Below the pieces are notes generated by a model, which was not told where the DNA came from, ran no database searches, and saw only the letters and a program-made list of their open reading frames with translations. From NCBI GenBank assembly GCA_001244265.2, contig CDLV01000008.1, positions 1,860,001-1,924,000 of the forward strand: DNA of 64,000 bases, given 5' to 3'. Positions 1 through 13,550 of the stretch are shown piece after piece. A program made the translations under genes and the position numbers. The DNA comes from Microbotryum violaceum (lineage: Eukaryota). Each line of letters opens with the position of its first letter. Position 1 is the first letter of the stretch.

Positions 1-360
1 GCTAGCGAGCGATAGGATATGATTTGAAAAGCTGTCACATTGCAAGGTTCTCTTCCGACCATCGAACAGCCACCAAACACTTCCGCCGCGCCTCCTCAGT
101 CTCAAGAGCATTACAGTGGAAATCTTGAACTCGGATCTCTTCGAATAGCGCTGTATTGGCTTCTTCGTCCAGCAGTTCGTCGCCGATTTCGTTCCTAGGG
201 CATGCTGATGGCCGCCGTCTTGAAGGTGGGTGAGAACAGGCAGCAGCGTAGCCATCTCGGGCGATGGGGACTGTAGGATTCAAGAGAGCTTTCTCTGGCC
301 CCTGGATTGGAGGGAAGTCATGCAGGCCAGTCATGACCGACGACCTTGATTTTTATTTTT

Positions 361-371
<11 letters not shown>

Positions 372-392
<21 letters not shown>

Positions 393-397
393 GGGGG
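372..397. repeat. poly-G homopolymer (26 G) preceded by T-runs
   Basis: Directly visible. Length may be affected by homopolymer sequencing error. Confidence 0.9.
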
Positions 398-509
398 CTG
401 TCTCTCGTCTCTCTTTGCTAGCCCCCTTTTTTTTCTCGCGCGACTGTTGTTGTGAGTCGCCGTTGGGGACACAAAAGGGAAGATCTCGGTCCCAAGGGCT
501 TGAGCTTCC

Positions 510-660
510 AGCAAACTGAGTTGCGAGCTGCTGCAGTGCTGTGCTCGGAAGGTAATAGAAACTATGGTGCGGCAAAGAAGTCAGCAGCTTTCCTGCCACG
601 CGCACGCTTACATACATGATCGAGCTCGCTCGAAACACCAAAACAAAGCAACAACAAAAC
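510..660 (-). repeat. Diverged third copy of a short dispersed repeat (see 41160-41303 and 59476-59593)
   Basis: Minus strand shows the same motif order: (TTTTG)n ... TGGCAGGAAAG ... TTCTTT ... CCATAGTTTCT ... GCAGC ... CAGTTTG. Similarity is weak. Confidence 0.35.
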
Positions 661-1014
661 AAAAAACAAAAAAGAGAGGGGCCCTCTCTGACTCCATATA
701 CTATATACTTGACCCAGCAGCCCCGCTTTTAGGTTCATTGAGGCCATTCTTCTCACGTTTGGGCGGTTCGGGCATCGATACTATAGCTACTTGTCCACCT
801 TGCCATGGCCCAGGAGGAGCACCTCGAAGCGCGTCGCTTTTTTTTGACACACCAAGCTCATTTCGGCTCCTACGCAAGTTCGTACAACATCAAATACGTC
901 CCCATAGTCCACAGATAGCAACAAAAGGGTTAAAACCTCTATAATATCAAACCTCGAATTTCGAAAAATAATGGTATTATATACGCCCAGCGTTTTAAGG
1001 TACCGCTCGTTCCA

Positions 1015-1123
1015 GCCCTTGTAGATCAGTGGTATAGATCGTTGTGCTTGTACGATCCAAGCTTTTAAAGCTCGGCTTTCGCGCGCAACACAAAGGTCTG
1101 GTGTTCAAATCACCACTGGGGCT
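1015..1123 (+). tRNA. tRNA-Thr(UGU) with a 35-nt intron (1053-1087)
   Basis: Cloverleaf: acceptor GCCCTTG/CTGGGGC, D stem GATC/GATC, anticodon stem TTGTG/CACAA with loop CT-TGT-A^A, T arm TGGTG-TTCAAAT-CACCA, discriminator T. Intron lies after position 37. Oligo-T Pol III terminator just downstream. Confidence 0.92.
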
Positions 1124-1477
1124 CGTCTTTTTGTGCCGCCAGGCGCTGTTGCGCGGTTTTTATGTGAGCGTTCGATTACGCCCAAGGTTTAATATTTCCT
1201 TTTTAGTTGCTTCTTGGTATCACTTTTTTTTTTCTCCAGACGTTACGTTCAAGTCTGGCCCCGAAAGTTGACGATGTGGAAGATCAATGCCGATGCCGAG
1301 GAGTGGGTTCATCTCGTTCGCGATCGCTCTGGGGGGTATCCAAGTTCATTTCAAAACACTGCTTTCAACAAGTTTTCGGATTGGGGTACCAAATTACAAA
1401 AAAGAAAGCAGAAAAGACAAAGCAAAGCAAAGCATGGTACGTGCCTCAAAGCTCCCCCTGCGGTTTTCACACCCCAC

Positions 1478-4400
1478 TCAAACGACTACCGTCTTTTGCA
1501 AAGTCTTGAGATCCGATCCCGTTCCCGTCGTCGAAGGCGGATCATCCACGTCCATCGCTCCACCATTCTGAGCGTGTTCGCCAACGACGGCTTTTAATCC
1601 CGCAGCTATATAAGCTTGTTCCTCCGCAACGCTCAATTGTTTTTCTCGATCATCTCCCAATAACCCATTACGGGCGTTCACGCGGGGTACTTTATCACCA
1701 CTCATCAGACCTCCCAGGAGGAGCGCAAGAGGAGCGATACCTACTTCACCTACGACGCCTGTTCGAGCTGCCGATTCGGCGATTCGATTGACTAGAGTAT
1801 CGTCGGCGTAGATGGAAGGGGAAACGGGGTAGTACCTCCCTGCGAGATCGGTCATCAGGAGATCGACTTCCCGACCAGGGGTGAGGCAACGCCAACGATG
1901 AGCGGGGAAAGGAGGCGCCGGCATCTTTTTGCGGTAGTGTAACGTGTTGGGTGTTAGGGATCCCGTTCCAACACCGTTGTTGTTGAGTGCTTTGGTAGAA
2001 GTGATTGGGTTCGCGGAGGAGGTTTTGAGGGCTTTGGATGCGACGAGTCGTTTGTTCGCTTTCGTCTTCGTATCGCTCGATTCGGCCGCCTCATCCTCCG
2101 AAGACGATTCGTCCTCGCTCGAAGAATCAAAAGCCAACCCGTTCGATCGAGCCCATTCGTTCTGATGGCCGTTCAACAACATGTTCGAAAACGCCCCCGC
2201 GGCGGTCGTGTTCAACCCATCATTGCCGTTAATTTGGATCGGCAATTCCTTACCGTTGTTGTGGTTGTTGATCGCGTTTTCGAAATCCATCGTTGCGTCA
2301 TCGTCACCAAAGATATCGTCATCCGAGACGTAGTCTGCTGGCATACCGTCGTCGGCGGCGAGGGTGATTTCGTTCATCTCGTACACCTTCCCTCGTACGA
2401 GTAAAGGGCAATCCCGTCCTCCGCGAGCGAATTTGGTAATGTGCAATACGAGCGAAGTCGGCATTTGCAAAGGTGAATGATCGATGACTTGAGCTTCGAC
2501 GGAAGAAGGTAGTTCGACGTTGGAGGCCAGTCGCACGACATCGCCGACATGGATAAGTTCGGGTCCGTAAAAGACGAAAGCGTGCGAGAGGAAGCGTGTC
2601 GTCGGTCGAGCCATGAACATTGATCGTAATGCGCTCAGCGACGACTGGCCGTTCGAGAGCGAAGGGTCCGGAAGGAGGTGGGGCCCCGTTTCGATCGTCG
2701 GTAGGGAGCGAGTTTGAATCGAGGCGAAGAACTGGCCGGTCATGTAAGCCGAGAGGAAAGCCGCTCGAGTGGCGTGAATGCCGTCCGCGAGTAGGTCGCG
2801 GGTCCATTGACGCGAATGAGCCACTTCGGAGCCTCCTAGTGCGATTGCGTTCGACATTTCCTCCGAGGTCAGACCGGCGGCGATGTAGCCCAACCAGGGC
2901 ACGACTTCATTCGCGGCAAAAGTGCGCTCGGGCTGGTCAAGTAAAGCGAGAAACTCGATGCGATATTCGACGAGAGGTGACGATTGCGATTTTGGATTGG
3001 GTTTGACAGTACGTCCTCGGATGATTGCGGGCCAATGGCTGAACCTTGGTGTCGCCGGGGCGTTGGATCGGCGTCGAGTCGCATCGGCAGGTGGTAACAG
3101 TTCGAGCTGGGCCAGTTCTTCGTGCGTCTTTGCCCATACAAGCTCCCCCACTCGGCACCATGACGGATGATCAATATCGGCGGTCTTGTTCGCCAGCCAG
3201 GGTGAATGCACCACAGCGACTCGGTTCGGATCGGCGGCTCGCATCTCGTGGGCAAACTGGTCGGCTCGCGATTCGAGTTCGTTCGTCGCTACGAATGACG
3301 ATCTTCGGCCACTAGAAGCTGCCGGGGCTTTCGCAGCGGTACCGTTCGACTTTGTCGGGACGCCTTTGGTCCTTGCTGCTGCTGCCGCTGCGGCTGCTTT
3401 CGTCCCTGTCGGAACGTGCGGTTCAGACCCTTCGTCCTCGTCCATCAAGGAGCTCGCATCATCCTCGTCCACAACCCGGGCTTTGCCTTTGGTCTTTTTG
3501 GTCAGTGGGGCAGACACTGCTGCTGCTGCGGCGGCGGCGGCGGGAGGGGCGACAGACCGCCTTTCGTCTCCACTGTTGTCGGAGGCAGTAACGTTGACCG
3601 TGCGCTTCTTCTTGTTCTTGATACTGTTGGAGCGAGCGGCTGAAGAGGAAGCAGCATTGGCCGAGGTCGTCGCTGTCGGGGTTGCTGCGGCTGATGTCGA
3701 GGCACCATTGGCGTTTGCAGCAGCGGCGTTGGCGTTGGCGTTCTTGGAGACGACTTTGCAGCCATCGCAGGTGCATGTGCCGATACTGCCATGCAAGAGC
3801 CAACTTATATGCTTGCCCAAGGACAGGGCCGATCGAATCTTTCGACCGTTATGGCCTGGATGAAGTGATCCGGATCAAGAGTCAGCGCTAGACTGCCATA
3901 CGGTGGGGGGCATCATCAGATGGCGAGACTTGCCAAAAATGAATCGATCGAGTCGGAGCTTGTTGTTCTTTTGTTGTGCCTGTGTCGGAGGGGGTCCTCC
4001 CGACTTGGAGACATCTTTGGGGTGAGTGATTTGCTCAAAGAGGCCGTACTGGCGAGGGAGGTTGCCGAGGATCCAATGCGCCGCTCCATGTTCTATTATT
4101 GCGAGTCGATTTGCGTTGGTTTGGCAGAATCATGCGGGTGAGGCGCCAGAAAGGTGATTGATTTGCGAGTTGATCGGGAGTATCGGGCGGTGGGTGGCAG
4201 GCCCGTGAGTGTATGCGGATTCAAGGACGGATTGCCAGAGGGAGGGGAATGTCAGTGGATGAAAACCAGTGAAATTGAGACGCTGTAGGACAGGAAGGAG
4301 CTGCGACCCCACCCACTGCTCGGAGCCCCATCCACGGTCGTGGCGCCCCGATCGGATGGTGAATTGCGAAGCGGGCTGGCGCGGCGACGGCGGGCGTCGT

Positions 4401-4841
4401 GCCCGGTGCGCGTGCCCGAGCGCGGCGGTGAGGTGTGGCGGTGACTGTGCGCGTCCGAGTCCGGTCCAGGGAACGACCGAGCTCGCAAACTTCCACCTCG
4501 TACCCACACAGCGGCCCTGCGAACCCAATCACAGCCTAGTCCAGTGACTGACCATCGTAGAGACCCATGTCCTTGGCCAACCAGTCGCCGGCGGTCCTCC
4601 TCCACAGCACGTGCTTGTCGTTCTCCGGTGCGAGCAAGGTCATGTCCTCGTCCTGCTGCGGCCACCGCTTCGAATCGCCATCTCCAAACTCGGTATCGAT
4701 GCTGATCGTGTTGGGTGTGTCCTTCGTCGAGTGAGGCACGGTCGTGATCGAGTACTTGTCCTTCAGGGGAGGACCACGAGGTGGGAGATGGATGTTGCGA
4801 GGCGCTCGCTCCGTCTTGGTCGGTGCGACGGGCGAGTCCAT
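1478..4841 (-). CDS. clr2: Cryptic loci regulator 2 (Clr2)-like transcriptional silencing protein; exons approx. 4841-4553, 4092-3934, 3855-1478
   Basis: Spliced N-terminus reads DGDSKRWP...WRRTAGDWLA...WILGNLPRQYGLFE...RLDRFIFGHNGRKIRSALSLGKHISWLL...CTCDGC (Clr2_transil-type motif series). Later motifs RVGELVW and FYGPELIHVGDVVRL are Clr2-domain-like. Splice sites seen. Confidence 0.75.
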
Positions 4842-5834
4842 GTTGATGCAAGTGCGACTACTACGACCCCGTCGAGCGACGACACTCGGAATGAAAAGTG
4901 GGTTGGGCGGTGCGCTGCTACTGTTGGGTGGATCGAGTAAAGTGGACTCGGAGTGGAGGTCAGCACTCGAAGAGGGAGCGTCAGCCGCCCACGCCCACGC
5001 CCTCAGCCTGCGAGCTCTGCGTGGCGCCTCGTGTGCGCTCACACGGTCCGGCGTGGCTGCGCGGGGCGGCGCTTGGCTGAGCTCGAACCTCGGCGTTCGC
5101 GTCCCGGGCCGCCGGCCTGCCGTCGATTCGGCCGGCGTGTGCACAAGGCGTCTCTCAATTCGCCTGCAAGACGAATCAGTTGGCCGGATGGACTTGGCTC
5201 ACAGTATCTTGATCTTGTTCGTACACAACCCAACAAAAATCACAGATACTGCCCCTCGGAGAAAGTCGAATCTCGCTCGAGAAAGTTTGAGTCCGTTTCG
5301 GGATCCAGAATCGCCGATCGGCCATAGGATCCAAGATCTGGAGAGCTAAAAGGGGTCGTCATCGCCCTTCGCCGAATTCTTCGCTACGTACGTCCTCAGT
5401 TCAAGGGTCGGGAGCACAAATATTGGACTATTCAAAATTAAGTCTCGTAATTTTCCCAGGGGTCTACTCGCGTAGCGCAGTGCCCATGAAACTTATCATC
5501 CGATTTTCCCCTTGAAGTGGCTACGACAGTATTACCTGAGATTGAGGCCGGCACCACGAAAAGATGTTTTTTGAAAGAAGCGAAAAGCCGTAACATAACG
5601 CGACAACTTCTCCCGTCCTGAAAGGCTGAAAGCAACTTGCCCATCTTCAGTCGTTCCGATTTGCGAAGACGCGCGTCGCGCCGCCGCCGGGTTGCAAAGT
5701 CAAGCACGTGACGTTGCCAGACGTTGCGCTGGACGGTAAACACGCGGCGAGGCGGGGCGAGGGCTCCTTGTACTCTCGCGCTCCGATTCAAACACGCCGA
5801 TTTCCCACCGCCCGGTCGTTGTATCATTCATACG

Positions 5835-8800
5835 AGTGGGTCCCAACCGTATCCTTGACTACGAGTCTGTCTGCCCTCCACACTGACCTGATCTTCCCCC
5901 ACGACGACTGTGCGCTCAGTGTTTCCTGCGCTGGAAACGCCGTCGCGCGTGCTCCGTCGACTCGATGTCCTCGAGCAAGAATCCTTACCGGACCTACCGG
6001 ACCTCCCTTCCATGCTCGATCAAGACGACGAAGATTCCACTCCCGAATCACCACCCCGTCTCATCGTAGCGGGCGGTCGAATGAACCCGTCTGAAGGGAA
6101 GGACGAATCGAGTTCGATGATTGAACCCCGTCAATCGGACGACACGCCTTTCACTTCAACACCTTTACCTGCTCCGACTATGACGGCAAAGACGTCTTCC
6201 TCGACCCAACACATCTTGCGATCAAAGGAATTGTTGATGACGAGTAAATCGACCACCTCGACGGCGACCACAGGCTCGAACAGGACCGTCGTACCGCTCA
6301 ACCCTTCGACGCGATTCAATCAACATCTCGAGTCCGACTCGGCAACTCAACACCCAACCTTGTCCGACAAGCAGAAAGGGAACCAACCCTCGGTCGACGA
6401 AACGAGTGTGATCGAGTCGCGTCATTCGCGTGACTTTGAGGGTCAGGGTTTTGCGGATGAAGATGAGATGGTCGTGCTTAGTTCTGGGTCGGGGACGGAG
6501 AGCGATCGACCTTCTTTGGCGCGAGCGTCTTCGTTCAATCGACCTTCCCAACTTCACGATGAGGATCACGAAGATCACGATCTGAACACTTCTTCTTCCG
6601 CTGCGTCTTCTTTCACCGCCGACAATGATATCGATTCACCCGTCGCGAGTCGCGCTCAACTCGATCCTCGTCAACGTCAACGCGCCGTAAGGATCGCCAA
6701 TACCAACTCCCCTGAACGCCGAGTGGCCCTGTCCTCCATCGTCGATTCCCCCGAATTGGGTCGACGCGATTCCATGGATGCACTTTCCAAAGATTCCTTT
6801 CCCTCCCTCTCGAACCTCTCGACTCCACATGCGAACTATTCGCATAACGCTTACAGTAATGCGGTCAATGCTGATCCCCGAACCCCACTCGGTCGATTAT
6901 ACGCTACCCCTACCGGAAGAAGCCCCGATTCAGTCGAAGGATTCGTCAAAGCGATCTTACCATCTTCGTCTTCTCCTGCGGCGGTTAGGAGGGCTCAACA
7001 CGTATTGACTACGCTCAAGTCAACTTCGAAACCGATCTTGAAGAAAGGTACACCTCATCCTCAAAGGTATAGGGGTCGTCAACTCGTTGATACTCCCTTA
7101 TCCGTCGCTTCCCAAAAGAAGATGAATGACGCCTCCTCACCGGGGGAGGAAAGAGAAGAGGATAGTATCGAGGCACCTCATTTATTACAAGACGAATCGA
7201 CTTCGTCGTCTAATGATCTGACGACTTTACATAGGGGTAATACGTCCTTACCTTCTGGTGGAGCGACGGGATTTGCTCTCGCCGGATCGGGTACGAGGGT
7301 CGATCGTTTCGATCATGTTAAGCTCAATGCGTACCTTCATCAATTTAATGGTACTTTGACAGCGGAGAATGTACAGCTTACTAAGAACTTGGGGGACAAG
7401 ACCAAGGAGAATGAGCAGTTGAGGAAGGAGGTATTGAGGTTGAGGGAGATGAGCAGTATGGCTGGTGGGTCGAGGGTGGGGAATGATACGCAGCAAGAGG
7501 AGGGGGAGGGGAATAGCTCGAGGGTGGAAGCGGTTTTGAATGGATTGGTGGAGGGGAGGGACGAGGGACCGTCGAGGCGCGTTCAAGAACTGGAGGAACT
7601 TGTCGATCGATTGCAGAACGAGCTTGAGGATAAGGACCGACAACTCGTCGAACGCGAGGATCGATCCCACGTCATCGACACTAGTGACGAACGCCACGAG
7701 TTTAAGGCCGAACTCGAGGAAAAGGTGGCCGAGAACGAACGATTGGCCTCGGCATTGGAGGATGCGCGATCGCGCGTCGACGAACTCTTGACCGAGCTCG
7801 AGAACCAAGAGGTCGGATTCGCGCAGAAGAACTCGGAGCTGAACCAGGAGTTGTGTACAATCATGGAGAAGCAGGATAGCGATCTACAGACTACGAGGGA
7901 GCAGTTGGCGGATGCGAGGCAGGAGATCGAGAGGTTGCAGGTCAAGACGGGCGATGATTCGGATCGCCATGTCGTGCTCGAACTCAAGGAGGAGATTCGG
8001 CGATTGCAACACCGCGTAGATGAGCTCGAGTCGACAGTCGAGCAGAAGGAGGTCGAACTCGACGACCTGAAAAAGAAACAAGAAATTCTGACCGAGTCCG
8101 AAGTCGAGCTCAAGCGCCAACTCGCCGAACAACTCGAGAACGTGCAACAGATCGAAGAGGCGCTCAACGAATCGGCTCAGCAACTTGTGCAGCACGAGGA
8201 CGAACTTGAGTCGCTCAAGGCGCAGCTAGCGGCAGAGAAGAACGTCAACTCGACGCTTTCAGCGCAAATCTCGCAACTCAAGCTGCCCAAGGCCAAGAGT
8301 CCTCTGGCCAACGAAGTCTACAACAGCAACAAGGACTCGATCATCGGCTCGCTCGAGGAAGAGCTCCAAGTCGCACAGCAAGAGGCACGCGAGCTCAAGC
8401 AGCGTCTGCAGCAGCGTGAATCGCGAGAGGAGGTCGAGGTGCAACAGCTCAAGATTAAAACGCTCGAATCGCAAAAGCGCGAACTAGAGGATCGCGTCTC
8501 GTCACTCAAGTCTCAGGTCACGATGTCGTTCGGCTCGCCGAAGAGGAACGGCTCGACGCCTGACAGGTCCAACTTATTCCGCTCCATCATCGGTCTCCAA
8601 ACGCCCAAGACCCCTGGACAGATGCTCGGCAACGTAAATGCGTTCGCATACACCCGGCTCTCTTGCAGAAGCTTAAACTGACTCTGCATCTGTTGTGTCA
8701 AACTAGATCACCGCTTGGTCCCTCGGAACAGCGGCCGACGAGACTATTCAACCGCTCTATTCGCACATGCAAGAACTCGTCCAACTCGTCAACGACCTGC

Positions 8801-10644
8801 GCGAGCAACTCGCCGTCACCAACGAAGACGTCGACAAGAAATTGAACCAGCTCGAGATTTCTGGCTCGGGGACGATCGCGCTGGCTCGGGACCTCGCACA
8901 GGCGAGGGCGAGAATCGTGCAGCTTGAAACCGAGTTGGAACGTTTGCTTGGCGCGAATGGGTCGCTCGAGCGTGTGAAGACGAGATTGATGAGTTTGTCG
9001 TGCCCTGGTTGCGAGCACGTGTTCGATGCGACCAAGATTGTACAGTTGCGCGTCGACAAATCGGGCCTGACCTTTGAAGGGTGAGTGATGGTTCATATTG
9101 TGGCTTTCTTACTGGGAAACTGTGGCTGATCAGTCATCTGCATTCAGATCCGAGACGTCACCTCAAGTCAGCGAATCGCTCCGTTCGGCGCTCGCCGGTG
9201 TGAATGTCAAGCTTTCGCAACTCGAATCAGAGAATGCCGTCCTCGTCGAATCTTCATCCCGGGCACGTGACCTCGCAGCCGATAAATCCGCCCTGGCCAA
9301 ACAACTTTCGGCACTGCAGAAGGACTTTGCTCAAGCACGATCCGAGATTGTGGGGCTGGAAGTCGACTTGCAGACGGAGAAGAATAGGTTGAAAGGGATG
9401 GCGGACGAGCAGGCTTCATTGCGCACGGCCAAAGGTGCGCTTGAAGCGCGCTTGAACACGACAGAAACCGTAAGCACTTTATCCCCAACCCCCTCACCCT
9501 CAGACAGCAGTGACAAGTGCTGATGTGGTGTTTCTCATTCAGGAGCTTCGCGCCCTCAAATCTTCTTCTCAAGCCGACCCCAATGAGCTCGCCCAACTCC
9601 GCGCAGACAAGTCCAGCCTCCTGGACGAGCGCGCCGCTCTCGTCGCCCAGCTCGCCTCGATCGACTCGCAGACCCATCGTGTCGCGACTTCGTTGAACGC
9701 TAAATCCTCCGCGCAGGCTTCGATTCCATCCCAGCTTGATCAATTCATCGCCGAGATCGCCCGACTCAAGAACTCGTTGAATGAGAAGGAGACGGCTTCA
9801 CGCACTTGGAAGGACGAGCGCAGTGATATCTTGAGGAACGTGGCTGGGTTGCAGATGGACCTGATGAAGGTTCGCGAGGACGCGGTCAGCTTGGGTATGG
9901 ATTTGGCGAACGTGAGACGGGAGAGGGATGCCTTGGGTGGTGGGGAACTTGCGGAAGCTCGCTTGAGGATCGAGTCATTGGAGAAGAGGATCAAGGATCA
10001 CACTTGCGCTTCTAGGTAAGCATTCACTCCAAGTTTCCAACTTTGATTTTCGCAGACACTTACTTACTGTATGTCCTGCTTTGATACCATTACAGCACCA
10101 CCGCCACTAGCCAAGAACTTAAAGCGCGTCACGCCAAGGAAGCAAAGGGTCTGCTCGTCATGATCCGCTACCTCAAGCTTCGAGTCTCGAGAGAGTTGGC
10201 GTTCCGGAACGATCTGACGTATCAGAAGGAGTACCTTCAAGCGATGGTCAAGGACAAGCAAGCTATGTGAGTCAGATTAGTGAAGTCCAGAATTTCCCAC
10301 GGACTGAGAGCTCTTCGCTGGGCAATCGTTTTGTATGACAGCATCGATCTCGTTATGTCCCAACTCGGCCTACCGCCATCCTCCCCACCTTCGGACCACC
10401 GGCCGGGGGGAAGCAGACCGACACTCAAAGCCGCCGTTCTCGCGTTAATCTCGCTTCGGAGAATGAGGTAAGATTTGCGGGCTTGTGCGACCGTTCCCAT
10501 ACATACTGAATTGTGAACGATAATGCGCTTCCCAGCCGTGCAAGTCAGCAATGGCGTGAAGCGAGTCGAGGCAAGGACAAGCTCCGAAACGAGGCGTACC
10601 CCGCCGTTCGAGGCAAGCCGTTCGTTCCCTCGACCACGGCATGA
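5835..10644 (+). CDS. pcp1: Pericentrin/Pcp1/Spc110-like spindle-pole-body coiled-coil protein with C-terminal PACT domain (multi-exon)
   Basis: Long coiled coil. C-terminal RHAKEAKGLLVMIRYLKLRVSRELAFRNDLTYQKEYL (PACT) and calmodulin-binding-type LKAAVLALISLRRM. Start inferred from an intron-split ATG; stop TGA 10642-10644 after the last intron. Confidence 0.8.
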
Positions 10645-11129
10645 GCTTGAGCGCCTCGAAGTTGGCCACAATGTTTTCCCCGCTGTGTTGTACTTGTCTT
10701 GTGAAGTTTATGCTGCCTTCTCCCTTCGTCTATTCGGCACGTCTTGTTTTACGATCCTCCTTCCATGAGTAATGCAGATTTTACAATACCCAACTTTCTC
10801 TTAGCAAGGACATTCAGCCACTCACATGTTGAAAGTATCTTTTCTCTTTCTCACTCTCACTGTCTTTCCCTATCGCTTTCCTTTTGTCCGCACATGTGCG
10901 GACATGTGTCGCGGCCGACCTTGCCGGCTTTCCTTCCCCTCTCTTCTTCGTCTTCTTCACGGCAGTCTCGTAGAGAGCTGCTGAGAGTTCACAGGTCTCG
11001 CTTCTCTGGTCTTTTCTTAGCTTGTGAAAAGTACCACGGGTGCGATGCTCATGACGTATCGTACCGAAGTGGACTAAAGGCGTCAACACACCGGTTTCGA
11101 GGCACTTATTGGAGAACGTAAGGAGCGCA

Positions 11130-13550
11130 CTACATAAGCCATCGGAAGATGCGAAGCGAGCGGGGAGAAGAAGGAGAAACCGAGAGCGAGATTTGAGGTG
11201 CTATATTTCCAGGCGATGATTCATATCTTTGATGTCGAGGCCCTCAGTGTCACGTGTGAAGCAGCTTCTTCATCTTCTTGCGCAGCGTGCCACCGCCGTG
11301 ACTGCGTGACAAGGCGACGTGCTCGTAAACATCTGCTAGAACACTTTTTTGCACGTCAACTTTAGCTGGATGCTGCAGATGTTGACCGACTAGGAGGTAT
11401 CACTCGCCTTCATGCTCTGCCGTGCTCGAAGTTCCGTGCGGTTCGGAGCGGGCGAGATCGACGGGGGCCGCTTGCTCGAATTGCTTGTGATCCGCGGCCA
11501 AACCGACCGAGCCAGCGGGTCCAGGGAGCGCAGATAGGGTAGCAGGAGGTGAGTCGGGACGCTGTAATTCAGAATATAATCAAATGAGCATCGATAAAAC
11601 CGATCTCCAGAATATGTCTGCTTACAACCGAGGTTTGCTGCGGCTGCTGGACGAGCGCAAGGCTAACTCCCGTAGACTCCTGTTCCGAACCCTTGGTCGA
11701 AGGAAACTTTGCGAAACGGTCCTGCGAGGTTCGAAAGCTCATATTATTATCGGAACGCCACCATCAAGCTCGGAGAGGACTGCAACCCACCTTGAGATCA
11801 TCAAAGGAGCTCCTAGCCGGTGTCGATTGTTCCTCACGCTCGTGATGAGGTTCATGATGAGGTCTGTACCCGACAGGCGATTGGAGATGTTCGGGAAGGG
11901 CAGGAGCAACCGACCCCGAAGGAGAGAGTCCACCTGATAGTTGATCAGGCTGAGCAAGATTTCCTTGGGCGTTGTGTTGTACTTCTTGTGGGCGAGCAAT
12001 CTTATCGGGTGTGGAGCTCGCCGCATGTGAGTGTTGCGTCGAGGCCGGGATCGAGCTGGCATCGCCCTGTGTTTCCCAAGAATCACGAATGACGTGTAAG
12101 AAGTTTGCTGGAGGGTGGAGCCTAAATACGTACTACTTACCTCAAACTGAACGTCGGCACTTTGTTCAAAGTCTTGCAAGGGTTTCGCTTCTTCTAGTTG
12201 ACCTGCACTGCTAGCTTTGGATGGTGACGAGCGGTGGCCTTCTCCGCGATGGCGCTTTTCGTTGACCGCATGTGATACACTATTCTCTGGTCAGTAGCTG
12301 ATATGCACCAAGTCAACGACTACGCCGTACCTGTTCATCTCGGCCTTTTGCCTTGCGAGAAACCTCACCCAAGTCAGACTTCTCCGATACCTGCTTCGAC
12401 CCCTGTGCACGTTGGGCATGTTGCGGAGACGGACGGCGAACCTCGTCTTCGTGCGGGGCCTCACTCGGCTTGACCGATTCTCCTGACAGAGTAGAGTCCT
12501 CTACCACGTCCGTACTGCGGCCCTTCCTGTCTGATCGCTCGCCGCGCGACGAAGAATCACGACCGTCGAGGTTGGAAGACTCGCTCCTGGCGGGTTGCGC
12601 ATCACCCCCTTCGTCACTAGAACCGAGATTGAATGGCATCTGTGGCATTGGTCCCCCATTTTTGAGCGTATGATAGCGTAAGGAACGGTACACCTTCTCA
12701 CCTTTGTTTGAGGCACCGAGATCTCCTCATCCTTCGAGCCCGAGAAAGAACGATCGATTTCCTGCTCGAGTTGAGCCCTGAGGATTTCGGACTCATCCAT
12801 CATGACTGTCGCATCTTGTTCGTTGGCCTTGGGTGAGGACCAGTTGAACCAATCGCTCAATCGATGTCCAAGCGTCGTTCTCGTCGCAGCTGAGTTGGTG
12901 GCCTCCTCGAAGGCACCGACGGTTTGGTCCTTGATGTTTGAGGAAGTGCTCAGCGCCGTATCCACACCCTCATGCACCGCACTCGAACTCGATTCGGCCA
13001 ACTTCTGCGTGGTCTCGGAAACAGCTTGAGCGACGCTCGGAGAGGCTTTGACCGAGGCCGAATTGGCGTTGGTCAAGACTTCGACGAACAGACTCGGCAA
13101 GGTGATGATCATCCCTGCAAAGCCTTGGATCAGATTGGACATATGCGAAGGACCGAATTTGTCATCGTCATCACCCGGTTCATTTGATTGGTGGCCGCGT
13201 GAGTCCAAGTTGGGGGTCGCGCTGCCACTGCCACTGCCACTGACAGGGTTGGAACTGGAGCGGGAGCTGGTGACGCTCTCGCCTGAGCCGGCCAGCGTCG
13301 TTCCAGGGGCTTTGGCGGCAAAATCACGACCATGGATGGAGCTGGGACCAGGCAGAGAAGGATTTGAACGTGGGATATCACTGGAGGGGACATTTCTTGC
13401 AGTTCGTTGAGGGTCGTCTCCACTTGAGCTGAAAGAGGCCGAGACTGGGGCGTTCAGAGTAACCTCGGTGCTAGAGGGCTGAGAGGGGCCAGCGGCAGGG
13501 TGATCGGTCGGCGACTTGCTCGTAGGGGATTGTGACACCGATTCGGTCAT
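11130..13550 (-). CDS. Hypothetical multi-exon protein, Ser/Thr-rich N-terminus
   Basis: Long ORF from ATG 13550 (MTESVSQSP...) plus further minus-strand ORFs (12313-12693, 11739-12179) bounded by splice-like motifs. No recognisable domain; 3' end uncertain. Confidence 0.5.

Noticed and set aside
35-334. Short minus-strand ORF at the window edge
   Set aside because: No recognisable motif, and a competing frame runs off the window; cannot be assigned.
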